Positions 40,601-48,324 of a stretch of DNA of 64,000 nt are shown piece by piece. The position numbers and the translations under genes were made by a program. The notes under the pieces are model-generated. The model was not told the origin of the DNA and searched no databases. It saw only the letters and a list, made by a program, of their open reading frames with translations. How positions within the stretch are numbered: the first letter of the stretch is position 1; each line of letters starts with the position of its first letter. Origin of the DNA: a virus; the IMG/VR virus record IMGVR_UViG_3300020463_001984, positions 12,017 through 76,016 of that record; one strand, given 5' to 3'.

Positions 40601-41301
40601 GATATAGTCCGATTACAATTGACTATTCACCAATACAAACAATTGGTACTCCGTTAATAGGTGCATACATTGAATCACAAAATCCAACTAATGCTTTCAA
40701 CGCCAATCAATATGTGATATCAGGAGTAGGACCATTAGAAGGTAATGGATTTAGATACAGAATATTCTACACAGGACCAAATGGAACTAACAGAGCAAGT
40801 AACTTGTCTACAACATCAACAACTTTAAAATTCATATACAAAACGTACACAGGATTTACAAACAAATTGTTGTTTACTAAAGCATCATGGGAGGCTTCGG
40901 GAGCAGGACAAGGTACAGAGGTTGCATCAAGTGACTTGAATTGGCCAGCGGGTACGTTTGTACAGTCGGTTAGTTCATTAACACACTGTGGAACAGAATT
41001 TTACGAAGTTACATTTAACCAAACATCGGTTGCAACGATAAGTGCAGGTGATAGTGTAACGTTCTTATTTGGTAATCCACCTTATGCACAGCCAGGTGAA
41101 ACTATATTTTCATTTATTGCACAACCAGGTGAAAGAGCAACATTGAATCTTGCAGAGATCAAAGAGTTAACTAATACTACACTAGGTGGTAGAGGTACTT
41201 TTCCAAATGGTCCAGACGTGTTAGCAATTAACGTTTATAAAACAGCGGGAACGGCCGTAGATGCAAATATTATTCTACGTTGGTCGGAGGCACAGGCTTA
41301 A
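34639..41301 (+). CDS. Giant virion structural protein (2220 aa)
   Basis: SD AGGAG; DADFEYGLQPTKW, YIRYQSGKG and YSWYGAG motifs typical of very large aquatic myophage structural proteins; two helical xRD domains; five tandem Gly-rich beta repeats. Confidence 0.72.
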   Translation: MAKQKQNEYVFQTGIPFSESRRPNAYWLVQNNVEFIKDEVRAYINNNITRQATQSQFTPTNATYDPTTGLMVVTVGTHNLLPGDQVIFATGAITFTTAQDGGATQYAYPRATGAGTTTGWDPWYNKPVVITAISSDSITCKVGKTVNQTAHTYVSATALSISNAFRNYTNDSDAKCERDMGYNLIGGDTNNPVQDQPGGLLYDLRYNGNEQGRYLASTYWDGTIPQIDGDRNPERAAKQFATWLIQTHIFGNTAYTTKQSPVVTSQTINAEYVAETDAGTVVENILDNVIGEVIYYGLDNMPALSNAQVSSVRFPTKVTLDNVLLITNTSTNEVLFNFSDPTAGGSTAYVTKSVEFTPSFSYFNKFLENTDTITTVYFDKSTENKTYVQNARTLITNNKEFIKDEAVAWVLDKVNTATGGSTFDGYTYTGALIERDTATEIDGFLHDMQYGGNEKTRLQASKFWDGPTPLITGTRIPEKELKEFVRDLINNYILTKSAYTTKQSPSVTTQTFNGANAELGASDRITELTTIITTVIAGGLSTLPILDKPIINSLTDKIQIFVDQGDLKTRPYDFGTDAIERQRVANSLSMLDADFEYGLQPTKWQAIGTQRGYPSIYEVPGTDTQVTSVATDASTGTSGVGQSLITVTTASAHGFEPGVPITIKALANSIAGASRAEGSFIVNTVPTNFTFTYFAKAKVGTVNGQILSTFYTQLRKGGFYTGASIGGQNVAFSIISQGASGSFIATLGIPSGSDQIAYTGTAPEIGAPLVAVGGGIPLGSQVTGTEGTGGIVTTPVTTSDVSSGSNTITVQNVSGIVNGLGLNRGDGYATFVTNVVGNTVTLSDALTADFVGNTVQYTGLAGSNDSSIGNGATFDVSRSGGTYSVTLNAPGQDYRLGDNIVISGQLVGGSDTTNDLRLVVTSVDTGGELQTFDDTGSAFDGNGTFSNLPGELQGSIGTGGNFDIVYTNNVYSVSMASPDTSSGYVEGDVIKVDGFDIGGQSVTNDLFMKVTNTGTGGSITSVSATGTAPDASVNYASVTYTTNTAAGVGADFNVERVGTGANVSVASGGTGYLAGETFTVLGSQVGGVDGVNNLTITVATIDVNGTILTVTDAGTMVNTKTIPNWTSVTNIVGNGAKFTISLASQTYTLDQIDVAGQSYGVDQTIIIRGTDLGGATPANDLTLTITGVGSSGEVTTANIVGTGAAGTGSYTGVNGTNDANSGSNAVFNITRSGGTYSIVTATDNGSGYKKGDRIVIPGNQLGGATPTNDLTLRCDINSTEGDFLNIQISGTAVPGNTAALYSSVTMSEAATQNISPTTSITYSALATVQCDFETAHGLVPGNTFLITVESDDASNNHNLCAGPFNATAVPTTKRLQYQCRAPGAINTGTNNDDPIQGFIYPRPDSFFVHRPYDGGVQLGTGGPQHGAQAIRQSKKYIRYQSGKGIMYTTGALFAPSYDLLQVTANGTSIGSTITCTTDDTDHGLQVGGGIRLIGINTVGFNGDYVVSDINSEREFEVLAINALGSTTPELSAKAQVSVKTFHGATVRSGCFDDQNGIFFEYDGTQFSAVQRTATLQLAGVVDIAVDTNTVTGTGTRFREQLKAGDRIVIKGMTHVVSDVISNTQMSVAPDFRGVTNVLSSKLCLVQDKKTEQKDFNRDRMDGTGPSGYNIDISKMQMVGIQYSWYGAGFIDYMLRGADGNFVFGHRMRNSNINTEAFMRTGNMPVRYEVTNEGPVGKLSANVTDTATTLPLEDASFFPPEGGIVYIDNEMIQFTGVDGKNLTGCTRGAQMTNFASGATRTYSAGTAETHTRNTGVPLISNTISPIISHWGSAYITDGGFDFDRGYLFSYKATGTSISTTRYTSFLIRLAPSVSNAIVGDLGERELLNRAQLLLDGLEVTSEPNASGQKGGIVIEGVLNPQNYPVNPNDIGWEGISGLASGGQPSFAQIAAGGSVNWNGGATQTTASAVVQADIDSGFNYTRTSQYNDRYSPITIDYSPIQTIGTPLIGAYIESQNPTNAFNANQYVISGVGPLEGNGFRYRIFYTGPNGTNRASNLSTTSTTLKFIYKTYTGFTNKLLFTKASWEASGAGQGTEVASSDLNWPAGTFVQSVSSLTHCGTEFYEVTFNQTSVATISAGDSVTFLFGNPPYAQPGETIFSFIAQPGERATLNLAEIKELTNTTLGGRGTFPNGPDVLAINVYKTAGTAVDANIILRWSEAQA
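37240..38520 (+). repeat. Five tandem ~85-aa Gly-rich beta repeats
   Basis: Consensus G.GA.F.V......Y.......G..Y..GD.I.I.G..LGG....NDL...VT. Confidence 0.7.
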
Positions 41302-41677
41302 CTTCATCAGTCTTTTGACTGTCCCCAGGAATAATTCTGTAATTATCTTCAACTGAATCAGCAGTACTAACCTCAGTTACTGAACTATTGGGTTCAAGTG
41401 CTTCTAATTGGTGTGGCATCAATGGAGGATTATGCCAAGTGTCGCCAGGATTGAGTTCTTTGGTATAAAGTTTTGCTTCTTGGGTGTCAATATACCTTAA
41501 TAAAAACTTACCAGCATTAACAAACCAAGTTTCATCTTTCTCTTTATGGAAATGCATGGAAAACTTTGCACCTTGCTTTTCAAATACCATAATTTTACCA
41601 CAATACTTGTCATTGGTTGCCCATATCAATTCATATCCCCAACCCTTAGGCACTTTTCCTTCTAATCTATTACTCAT
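41270..41677 (-). CDS. Cupin protein (sugar isomerase/mannose-6-phosphate isomerase C-terminal-like)
   Basis: KGWGYE.IW, SMHFH..KDETW.V..G, P...HQL, EVST..DNYRI. Confidence 0.75.
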   Translation of the reverse strand: MSNRLEGKVPKGWGYELIWATNDKYCGKIMVFEKQGAKFSMHFHKEKDETWFVNAGKFLLRYIDTQEAKLYTKELNPGDTWHNPPLMPHQLEALEPNSSVTEVSTADSVEDNYRIIPGDSQKTDEVKPVPPTNVE

Positions 41678-42401
41678 TTAGATATTTTCCTTTAATTGCA
41701 TTGTAACTTCCCTTAAATTTGCTTTGAAACTTGAGGTTTGACTTGTAACTATCAATAAATTTTGCATCATCTTCATCTTTTACCGTATAATTTATTTTAT
41801 CTAATTTTACAGGCTTGTACATTGCAATTGGCGTACCTTTTTTGAGTAAAAATTTGCCTTTTTTCTTAATTAACAGTTGTTGGTTTATTTGATGGCTCCA
41901 TTCAGTGTATGTTAGTCCTGGTAGGCACTCAAAAAACTCATTAAATTCATAAAACATAGGTAATTGCATCATGCCCCAACCCTTGCTTGTTTTAACTCTC
42001 CAAGGACAATCAGTTTTTGCAACTAACTTTACTTCGCTTTGAACATTTTCTGGTGTGTGGTCAAGAAACTGTTCCTTATAATGTAAAGACATGGTAAAAT
42101 CTTCATTACTACACTTCCAACCAAAGTCTTTATCAGTAATATTAAAATGAAAGTCTGCCCATAATGGAATCACAAAGGCATCTTTATAAAAATCTACTAT
42201 ACCTGGACAATTTTTGGCAGTACCTTTATCGAAAGGATTGTCTTCTTCTAACCATCTTGGCATTTTCTTGAACCATTCTGGAAAAAACTTGTTTGCAGGT
42301 TGTACTGGTTCAAGGTCTGTTAGGCCAGGTACAGTACTCCACCACTCTACCTTTGGTTTTTTACTGCCTATCAATCCAGTCAATAACGTTTTCAAACTCA
42401 T
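41670..42401 (-). CDS. Conserved-looking hypothetical phage protein
   Basis: PEWFK..T.K.CPG..D..IPLW.D...PW..T..GW...LPG...GTP.A pattern; overlaps its neighbours within an operon. Confidence 0.6.
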   Translation of the reverse strand: MSLKTLLTGLIGSKKPKVEWWSTVPGLTDLEPVQPANKFFPEWFKKMPRWLEEDNPFDKGTAKNCPGIVDFYKDAFVIPLWADFHFNITDKDFGWKCSNEDFTMSLHYKEQFLDHTPENVQSEVKLVAKTDCPWRVKTSKGWGMMQLPMFYEFNEFFECLPGLTYTEWSHQINQQLLIKKKGKFLLKKGTPIAMYKPVKLDKINYTVKDEDDAKFIDSYKSNLKFQSKFKGSYNAIKGKYLNE

Positions 42402-43179
42402 AGTTTAAACTCTCTTGTAATTTTGTGTTATCTGCACAGGTATATGCCTGATAATTTTTTGCAATGTCTTTAGGCATGGGTATTAGATCAACATTTACAC
42501 CATATTTGTCAGCAACTTTATCTGCAATAGTTTTAAAACTTGTTGCCTCTCCTGTACCTACATTGAATATTCCGCTTTTATCAACATCTAGCATTTTTGC
42601 ATGAACTTTGCAAACATCTTCAACACTAACAAAGTCACGTTTATAATTTTCACTGTTTTCGAATAACTTAATATTTTGATTTGCTTTTGCCTGTTTAGTA
42701 AATTTGCTTACAGGACTCATTTGATCACCTTTGTGATCTTCGCCATTACCAAAAACATTAAAATATCTAAATCCTTGTATATTAATTCTAAAGTCTTTAC
42801 TATAACTTTTAACAAATCTATCTACTAGGTACTTTGACCAAGCATATGGACTCTCTGGATGCAAGTCTGCGTCTTCATTAAAGTCATTTGTGTTACCATA
42901 TAGGTTTGCAGTGCTAGAGTATTGCATACTTGTACCCATCATATCACACAATTCAATCAGTTTTAAAGTAAAGTCTGTATTTTGTTGCATAATCTTTTCA
43001 ACATCTTTTTCAGTTGTACTACTAATAGCACCACAATGAATTACTCTATCACATTGTGCAGGATCAGGATACTTATTAGGGATATATTCCCAACCTTCAA
43101 CTTGGTGTCCTATGCTTACGAGATATCCAGCAAGTTGTGATCCTATAAAACCATCAGTTCCTGTGACTAGTATTTTCAT
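42361..43179 (-). CDS. hldD: ADP-L-glycero-D-manno-heptose 6-epimerase (extended SDR)
   Basis: VTGTDGFIG, H.GAISSTTE.D, YAWSK, FRYFNVFG..E.HKG.Q.S, RDFV.V.D, YQ.YT.AD; adjacent to hldE. Confidence 0.85.
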   Translation of the reverse strand: MKILVTGTDGFIGSQLAGYLVSIGHQVEGWEYIPNKYPDPAQCDRVIHCGAISSTTEKDVEKIMQQNTDFTLKLIELCDMMGTSMQYSSTANLYGNTNDFNEDADLHPESPYAWSKYLVDRFVKSYSKDFRINIQGFRYFNVFGNGEDHKGDQMSPVSKFTKQAKANQNIKLFENSENYKRDFVSVEDVCKVHAKMLDVDKSGIFNVGTGEATSFKTIADKVADKYGVNVDLIPMPKDIAKNYQAYTCADNTKLQESLNYEFENVIDWIDRQ

Positions 43180-44426
43180 TGTTTAATCTTTTCTATAGTT
43201 TCTGTTGTACTATGTCCTTCGATCGTAGGAAAAATTACAACTTTTGCTAATTCATTGCCTACAGTGGTTTCAGTAGTATAGTCACCACCCTTAACTATTA
43301 CGTCTGGACGTATTTTTGTTATTTCATCAATGGGAGTATCTCCATCGAATATAACAACATCATCTATAAATCCTAATTGTTCTAAAGTTTCTTTCCTTTT
43401 GAATTCACTGTTAATGGGTCTTGTTTCGCCTTTTAAACGTTTAACACTTGCATCGCTGTTTATACCTACTATTAACCTTTTGCCTAGTGTAGCGGCGTAT
43501 CTAAGCAGTTTTAAATGGCCAGTATGCAGTATATCAAACACTCCATTAGTCCATACAATACCTTTATTTAGGTCGTCTTCTGTAACTATTGTTACTCCAC
43601 GTTTTTCAACTACTCTTGAAGCACCATAACAAGCAACTTCGCATGATTCAGGAACACTTTTTCCTTTATGTAAACCGTGTGTAATAATTGCCATGACTGT
43701 ATCACCTGCACCAGATACATCTGCAACTTCTTGTACGTCTTCTTTACAATGCCAATGTTCTGTTGCGTTAACAATATGAATACCATTAGCACCATCAGTT
43801 ACTACTAACCATTCCCAAGCGTATTCTTTTAAAAAATCTTGTGCGGCCACATAACTGAATTCACCAAACCATTCAGTATATTCTTTCATGTTTGGTTTTA
43901 CTAAAAATGCACCTCTATAGTAAGAAGGAGATTGCTTAGGATCAACTAAAACTTTTGCACCTTTGGCTTTTGCCTTTTTTACTGTCTGTTCAGTTATAGC
44001 ACCTTTGTTGTAATCACTTATTACCACTAAATCATTATGCTGAATACTATTAATAAATCTTTCTTCTGCTTGAGTACAATCACATATTGCGTCTGTATCA
44101 AATCTACAAATTTGTTGACCTTGTGTACTTACAATTCTTACCTTGCTTGTTGTTGCTTCCATACAACTTGACAAATAAGAATTAACTTTTGTGTCTTTTA
44201 TTAAATCTAAAAATGCAAAACCTTGTTTGTCATTTCCTAAAGGTCCATATAAATCAACTTCACCGTTTATACTTGCAAGGTTGACTGCTAAATTACCTGC
44301 ACCACCAACGTTTCTTTTATAGCCTGTTTCTACTAAAACTGGAACCGGAGCCTCAGGACTTATTCTATCTACAGAACCTATTCTCCATTCATCAAGCATT
44401 ACGTCACCGTAAACTAAAATGGCCAT
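43176..44426 (-). CDS. hldE: Bifunctional heptose-7-phosphate kinase / heptose-1-phosphate adenylyltransferase
   Basis: GDVMLD..G.V.RISPEAPVPV, GGAGN.A.N, SDY.KG, DVSGAGDT; C-terminal NGVFDILHTGH, NSD.SV.RLKG..RP, KGGDY, STT. Confidence 0.92.
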   Translation of the reverse strand: MAILVYGDVMLDEWRIGSVDRISPEAPVPVLVETGYKRNVGGAGNLAVNLASINGEVDLYGPLGNDKQGFAFLDLIKDTKVNSYLSSCMEATTSKVRIVSTQGQQICRFDTDAICDCTQAEERFINSIQHNDLVVISDYNKGAITEQTVKKAKAKGAKVLVDPKQSPSYYRGAFLVKPNMKEYTEWFGEFSYVAAQDFLKEYAWEWLVVTDGANGIHIVNATEHWHCKEDVQEVADVSGAGDTVMAIITHGLHKGKSVPESCEVACYGASRVVEKRGVTIVTEDDLNKGIVWTNGVFDILHTGHLKLLRYAATLGKRLIVGINSDASVKRLKGETRPINSEFKRKETLEQLGFIDDVVIFDGDTPIDEITKIRPDVIVKGGDYTTETTVGNELAKVVIFPTIEGHSTTETIEKIKQ

Positions 44427-44867
44427 TTACTTCTCCAATAGTTGAATTAAATCAAATACAGTTTCTAATTTTGTTTGATTAGTTTTATTTTGTAAGGTGT
44501 TCTTCAATCCCATGTGCAATGGTTTAGGCCATTTATTAAAACTTGACCAAGCATATCCATCATGCTCTTCATTCAATACAGGAATAAATTCTTCATGAAC
44601 TACAACAAGATATGTATGGAACTTAAATTTTTCGTCTGTGCTTACAAATGTTTCTAAAGGAATTGTTTTAGCAATTTTTGGTAATGTACCAATCTCTTCT
44701 TTTATTTCTCTTTGTAGACTTTCCCATGGAGTTTCTTTGGAATTGTTAGTACCACCAACTAATCCCCAAACATTGTTCTGTTTGCTCTGTACTCTATGTA
44801 GAAACAAAAAACGTTTAGTTTTTAATGAATAGAATAAGGCTCCACTGCAAATAATATCTTGACTCAT
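44427..44867 (-). CDS. NUDIX hydrolase
   Basis: WGLVGG....ETPWESLQREIKEEIG Nudix box; LNEEH.GY.W. TAAATA lies 9 nt upstream (44877-44882, minus strand). Confidence 0.85.
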   Translation of the reverse strand: MSQDIICSGALFYSLKTKRFLFLHRVQSKQNNVWGLVGGTNNSKETPWESLQREIKEEIGTLPKIAKTIPLETFVSTDEKFKFHTYLVVVHEEFIPVLNEEHDGYAWSSFNKWPKPLHMGLKNTLQNKTNQTKLETVFDLIQLLEK

Positions 44868-44879
44868 ACTATTAATTAT

Positions 44880-46301
44880 TTAAAATAGTAGGTGCCAAGT
44901 GCCGTTTCGGTATTCGCCTTCGAAAGATAGCACCCATTCTGTACCAGTCCATTTATATTGGATGCCTGTATTAAGATTAGTTTGGTAAATTATATCACTA
45001 TTAGCACTAGCATCAAATAAGATTGCCCATGCTGTTCCTGTCCATTCTACAATATCATTTTCACTTGCTACAAAGTCAGTGTTATCTGCATTTTTCCAAG
45101 CATCTGGACCGTCTGTGTTGCCTGCATTACCAATATCCCCTAATAGTAAGAATCTTGTACCTGGTGTTTTTTGTACTGTAGGATTAAATGTTGCAGGATC
45201 TATAATATAATCAACTTTACTTCTATTGCCAGTTGAACCTGCAATAACTTTGTCTGTTGGAAATGTATCAGTGTCCCAATTAATAATTAAGTTTCTTTCA
45301 TCTGTTGTATCAATTGCCGCTGATCCGTTAATACTTGTTGTTCTACCTGTTCTTGATAATTGTATTTGACTTAATCCTGATCTAAATTGTTCAGGCATTG
45401 CATCTACGTATTGTGTCCAAGTAACACCGCCAATTTTTCCTTTATGGATTAATTTTGCTACATTACCCATTACTAATAAATCTAAATTATTATAAGTTGT
45501 AACACGAACACTTGCAGTGTCTTTACGTTTAGATTTGTTTGCATCTTCAAAGTCAGTAGTTGGACTTTCAGCACCGCCATCACTATATGCTTTAAGTTCA
45601 GGCATACTTTCGCCTAAGTCTATTGTTCCACGGCTTTCGTCAAATATACTCATTACGATATTTGTAATGACTCCAAGTTTTTTAACTTTAGTAGGAGGTG
45701 AAATGTAAATTGGTGTTTTAACTGATAGTTGACTAACGTCTATTTCGTTTTCTGTTCCTACAGGAATACTTCTTGAACTAAAATTTACTGTTTCTAATTC
45801 AACAACACTTAAACTTGTCCAGTCTACATAGTTGTCAGTTGTTTGGATTTCTAAACTAGGATTAAACATCATTAAAATTTGTTCCATAATTTGTAATTTT
45901 TGATCTGTATTAGTAGACCAAATATCAGCAGTCATTTCTAACGTATATGGAGTTGGCATTAAACGTTCAACTGTTACATTTTTACCTTGTGTGTTTAAAT
46001 ATTCTTTACCTGTGCTATCATATGAACGTTCTCTAAGATGTACTTTACTAACAAATGTACTATCACTAATTCTATCTCTATCTAATTGTAAGCCTGATAT
46101 GTAGACACTTATTCTTGGAGCACTAGGTATTTTGTTTTCTGAATTATCTCTCATGATGTGTCCAACCTGTCTGGTTATATCTCCATACATGACAGGGACT
46201 TTTACTAAAGCACCTTTACCGTCCTTATAGGTAAAGTTACTCAAAAGTCTAATCATTTGAGTGACATATCTTCTTATTTGACCATCATAAAAATGTTGCA
46301 T
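44880..46301 (-). CDS. gp15: Tail sheath stabiliser/terminator (T4 gp15-like) with C-terminal extension
   Basis: HFYD..IRRY...VP..YG...PR.S....D..R...PY......I......QI.EQIL..FNP; directly downstream of the gp14-like gene. Confidence 0.75.
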   Translation of the reverse strand: MQHFYDGQIRRYVTQMIRLLSNFTYKDGKGALVKVPVMYGDITRQVGHIMRDNSENKIPSAPRISVYISGLQLDRDRISDSTFVSKVHLRERSYDSTGKEYLNTQGKNVTVERLMPTPYTLEMTADIWSTNTDQKLQIMEQILMMFNPSLEIQTTDNYVDWTSLSVVELETVNFSSRSIPVGTENEIDVSQLSVKTPIYISPPTKVKKLGVITNIVMSIFDESRGTIDLGESMPELKAYSDGGAESPTTDFEDANKSKRKDTASVRVTTYNNLDLLVMGNVAKLIHKGKIGGVTWTQYVDAMPEQFRSGLSQIQLSRTGRTTSINGSAAIDTTDERNLIINWDTDTFPTDKVIAGSTGNRSKVDYIIDPATFNPTVQKTPGTRFLLLGDIGNAGNTDGPDAWKNADNTDFVASENDIVEWTGTAWAILFDASANSDIIYQTNLNTGIQYKWTGTEWVLSFEGEYRNGTWHLLF

Positions 46302-47464
46302 TAATTATCCGCCTTAGGTTTAAGTGCTTTTGAAAGTGCTTGTCTTTCAGTTACTGTTTCACCACCTATTGTTGATGTAGTTGTGTTGTTTATAAATGTT
46401 CCTTTTTGTGTTCTCTTGTTAGGACTGTTAGTTAAGTTATGTCTTACAGCATCTTCTACTTTAACCCAACGTCTACTATCAAATCTAAATAATCTATTTG
46501 GCATAAAATCTGTCCTTAGGAAGTAATCTCCTTCTACACTTGCAGTTGGGAAACTAATACCATGTCCAAATACTTCACCATTTGGTGCTAGTCCATCACC
46601 TATTAAGTAACCTTGATAACCACTACGTTCTGGAGTTTGATTTACTCTACTTGCATCTAAGTTTCCACTGTTAACACTTGCATCTATTGTTGCTTCATCG
46701 GCAGTTACAAGTTCTGGATTATTCTCTGCATCTACTTGTAATGTATATAAGTGTGATGTGTCATATCCTGACTTAGGTGCATCTGCTTCTGCTTGTGATA
46801 CAACAGCATCATTAATTTGCATCTCTCTTTCATAAGTAGAAAGTACATCTCGCAATGTTTGTGAAGAACCTTCTTCACTTGGTAAATCTAATATTTCTTT
46901 AAATTCTTGTGAATCAACTATTTGCTTCATTTTGATTCTATATATGTGCGGATACCATGTTTGTGAAAAACCTTCACTTGCACGATTTACATCTTCAACT
47001 ACATAAAATCTTTTTAATGCCACACTATAATCATTTAGTGCGTGTTCATCTTTAAGGTGTGGTAATTCTAATACATCACCTGACATTATTTTTCTGCCTA
47101 AAGTTTTTACACTATAATTAATAGGCAATGTCATAAACAATGTATCATTCTGTAAAAATAAACCAAATTGGCTCATGTCAAAATCTACATCTTGTACATT
47201 GTAAATTCCACGCATAACATATACATCAGGATCATACTTTCTATCACGGTTTTCCATGAAAAGCATATCTTGAATATTCGTTTCTTTGACTGCATTGTAC
47301 CTTGGTTGGTCAGCAGTAGCATCTGCTTCATCGGGATTCTTAGGTCCTAGATATTTGTGTACAAATACATCAGTGCCACCAACAGTGAACATCTCCTGTA
47401 TGGTTTTATCTAGAAATTCGTAATCTTTCCCTTTTTCGGGTTTGTATAAACTCAGTCTTGGCAT
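46301..47464 (-). CDS. gp14: Neck/head-closure protein (T4 gp14-like)
   Basis: SQFGL....D.LF....GD.L.LP...F.VV pattern; located between the gp13- and gp15-like genes. Confidence 0.6.
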   Translation of the reverse strand: MPRLSLYKPEKGKDYEFLDKTIQEMFTVGGTDVFVHKYLGPKNPDEADATADQPRYNAVKETNIQDMLFMENRDRKYDPDVYVMRGIYNVQDVDFDMSQFGLFLQNDTLFMTLPINYSVKTLGRKIMSGDVLELPHLKDEHALNDYSVALKRFYVVEDVNRASEGFSQTWYPHIYRIKMKQIVDSQEFKEILDLPSEEGSSQTLRDVLSTYEREMQINDAVVSQAEADAPKSGYDTSHLYTLQVDAENNPELVTADEATIDASVNSGNLDASRVNQTPERSGYQGYLIGDGLAPNGEVFGHGISFPTASVEGDYFLRTDFMPNRLFRFDSRRWVKVEDAVRHNLTNSPNKRTQKGTFINNTTTSTIGGETVTERQALSKALKPKADN

Positions 47465-47472
47465 AGTAATAG

Positions 47473-47493
47473 TATTTATCGTTCGACTAAATA
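47473..47493. promoter_or_regulatory. Back-to-back divergent late promoters
   Basis: TATTTATC (minus-strand GATAAATA, 47473-47480) and TAAATA (47488-47493), each 8 nt from an ATG. Confidence 0.65.
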
Positions 47494-47501
47494 CATATAA
47501 G

Positions 47502-48260
47502 ATGAGTGATATTGTAACCCAAAAACAAGAGATATTCGATTACGTGTCCGCAATGCTAGGCGGGGGCATGATCGACGTTGAATTAGACCCTCAACACTAT
47601 GAGATCTCACTACGTACAGCATTTGACAAATTCCGTCAACGGTCAGATAATTCTGTTGAAGAAAGTTATGTGTTTTTAGACACTGTTATTGACCAGAATG
47701 ATTATACGTTGGCAAATGAGATTGTTGAAGTAAGAAAACTTTTCAGAAGAAGCATTGGTAGTAGAACTGGTGGTGGAGATGGTGGTACATTATTTGAACC
47801 ATTCAATCTTGCATATACAAACACCTACTTACTTTCTAGTTCAAACATGGGTGGACTAGCAACTTATAATATGTTTGCAAGTTACCAAGAATTAGTAGGT
47901 AGAATGTTTGGATCTTTCATTGAATTTAAATGGAATACCACAACTAAAAAACTAACTTTGTTACAAAGACCAAGAGCAGAAGAAACTATACTTTTATATG
48001 TTTACAATCATAGACCAGATAGTGAACTAATGAATGATTATCTTGCAAAGCAATGGATCAAAGATTATACGTTAGCAAAATGTAAGTATATGTTAGGCGA
48101 AGCAAGAAGTAAGTTTGCCACTATTGCTGGTCCACAGGGTGGATCAACACTTAATGGTGATGCACTCAAACAAGAAGCACAGGCAGAACTAGATAAATTA
48201 GAAGAAGACCTAAAACTGCAGGTTGCAGGCGGACAAGGTTACGGTTTCACAATCGGCTAA
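47502..48260 (+). CDS. gp13: Neck protein (T4 gp13-like); start reassigned to ATG 47502
   Basis: LG...I.VEL...Q, W.KDY.LA..K..LG..RSKF....GP.GG..LNG..L..EA..E...L motif. The 47442 start would overlap the gp14 start and both promoters. Confidence 0.8.
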   Translation: MSDIVTQKQEIFDYVSAMLGGGMIDVELDPQHYEISLRTAFDKFRQRSDNSVEESYVFLDTVIDQNDYTLANEIVEVRKLFRRSIGSRTGGGDGGTLFEPFNLAYTNTYLLSSSNMGGLATYNMFASYQELVGRMFGSFIEFKWNTTTKKLTLLQRPRAEETILLYVYNHRPDSELMNDYLAKQWIKDYTLAKCKYMLGEARSKFATIAGPQGGSTLNGDALKQEAQAELDKLEEDLKLQVAGGQGYGFTIG

Positions 48261-48267
48261 AAAGTTC

Positions 48268-48296
48268 TTGACATCCACTAAATTTTAGTATATACT
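48268..48296 (+). promoter_or_regulatory. Sigma70-type early promoter TTGACA-N17-TATACT
   Basis: Near-consensus -35 and -10 with 17-nt spacer, upstream of the dNMP kinase. Confidence 0.8.
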
Positions 48297-48324
48297 AACT
48301 AGATAACATTAGGAATATACTCGC

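Noticed and set aside
47442-47501. ORF-track N-terminal extension of the gp13-like gene
   Set aside because: It overlaps the gp14 start and both promoters; ATG 47502 downstream of TAAATA fits better.
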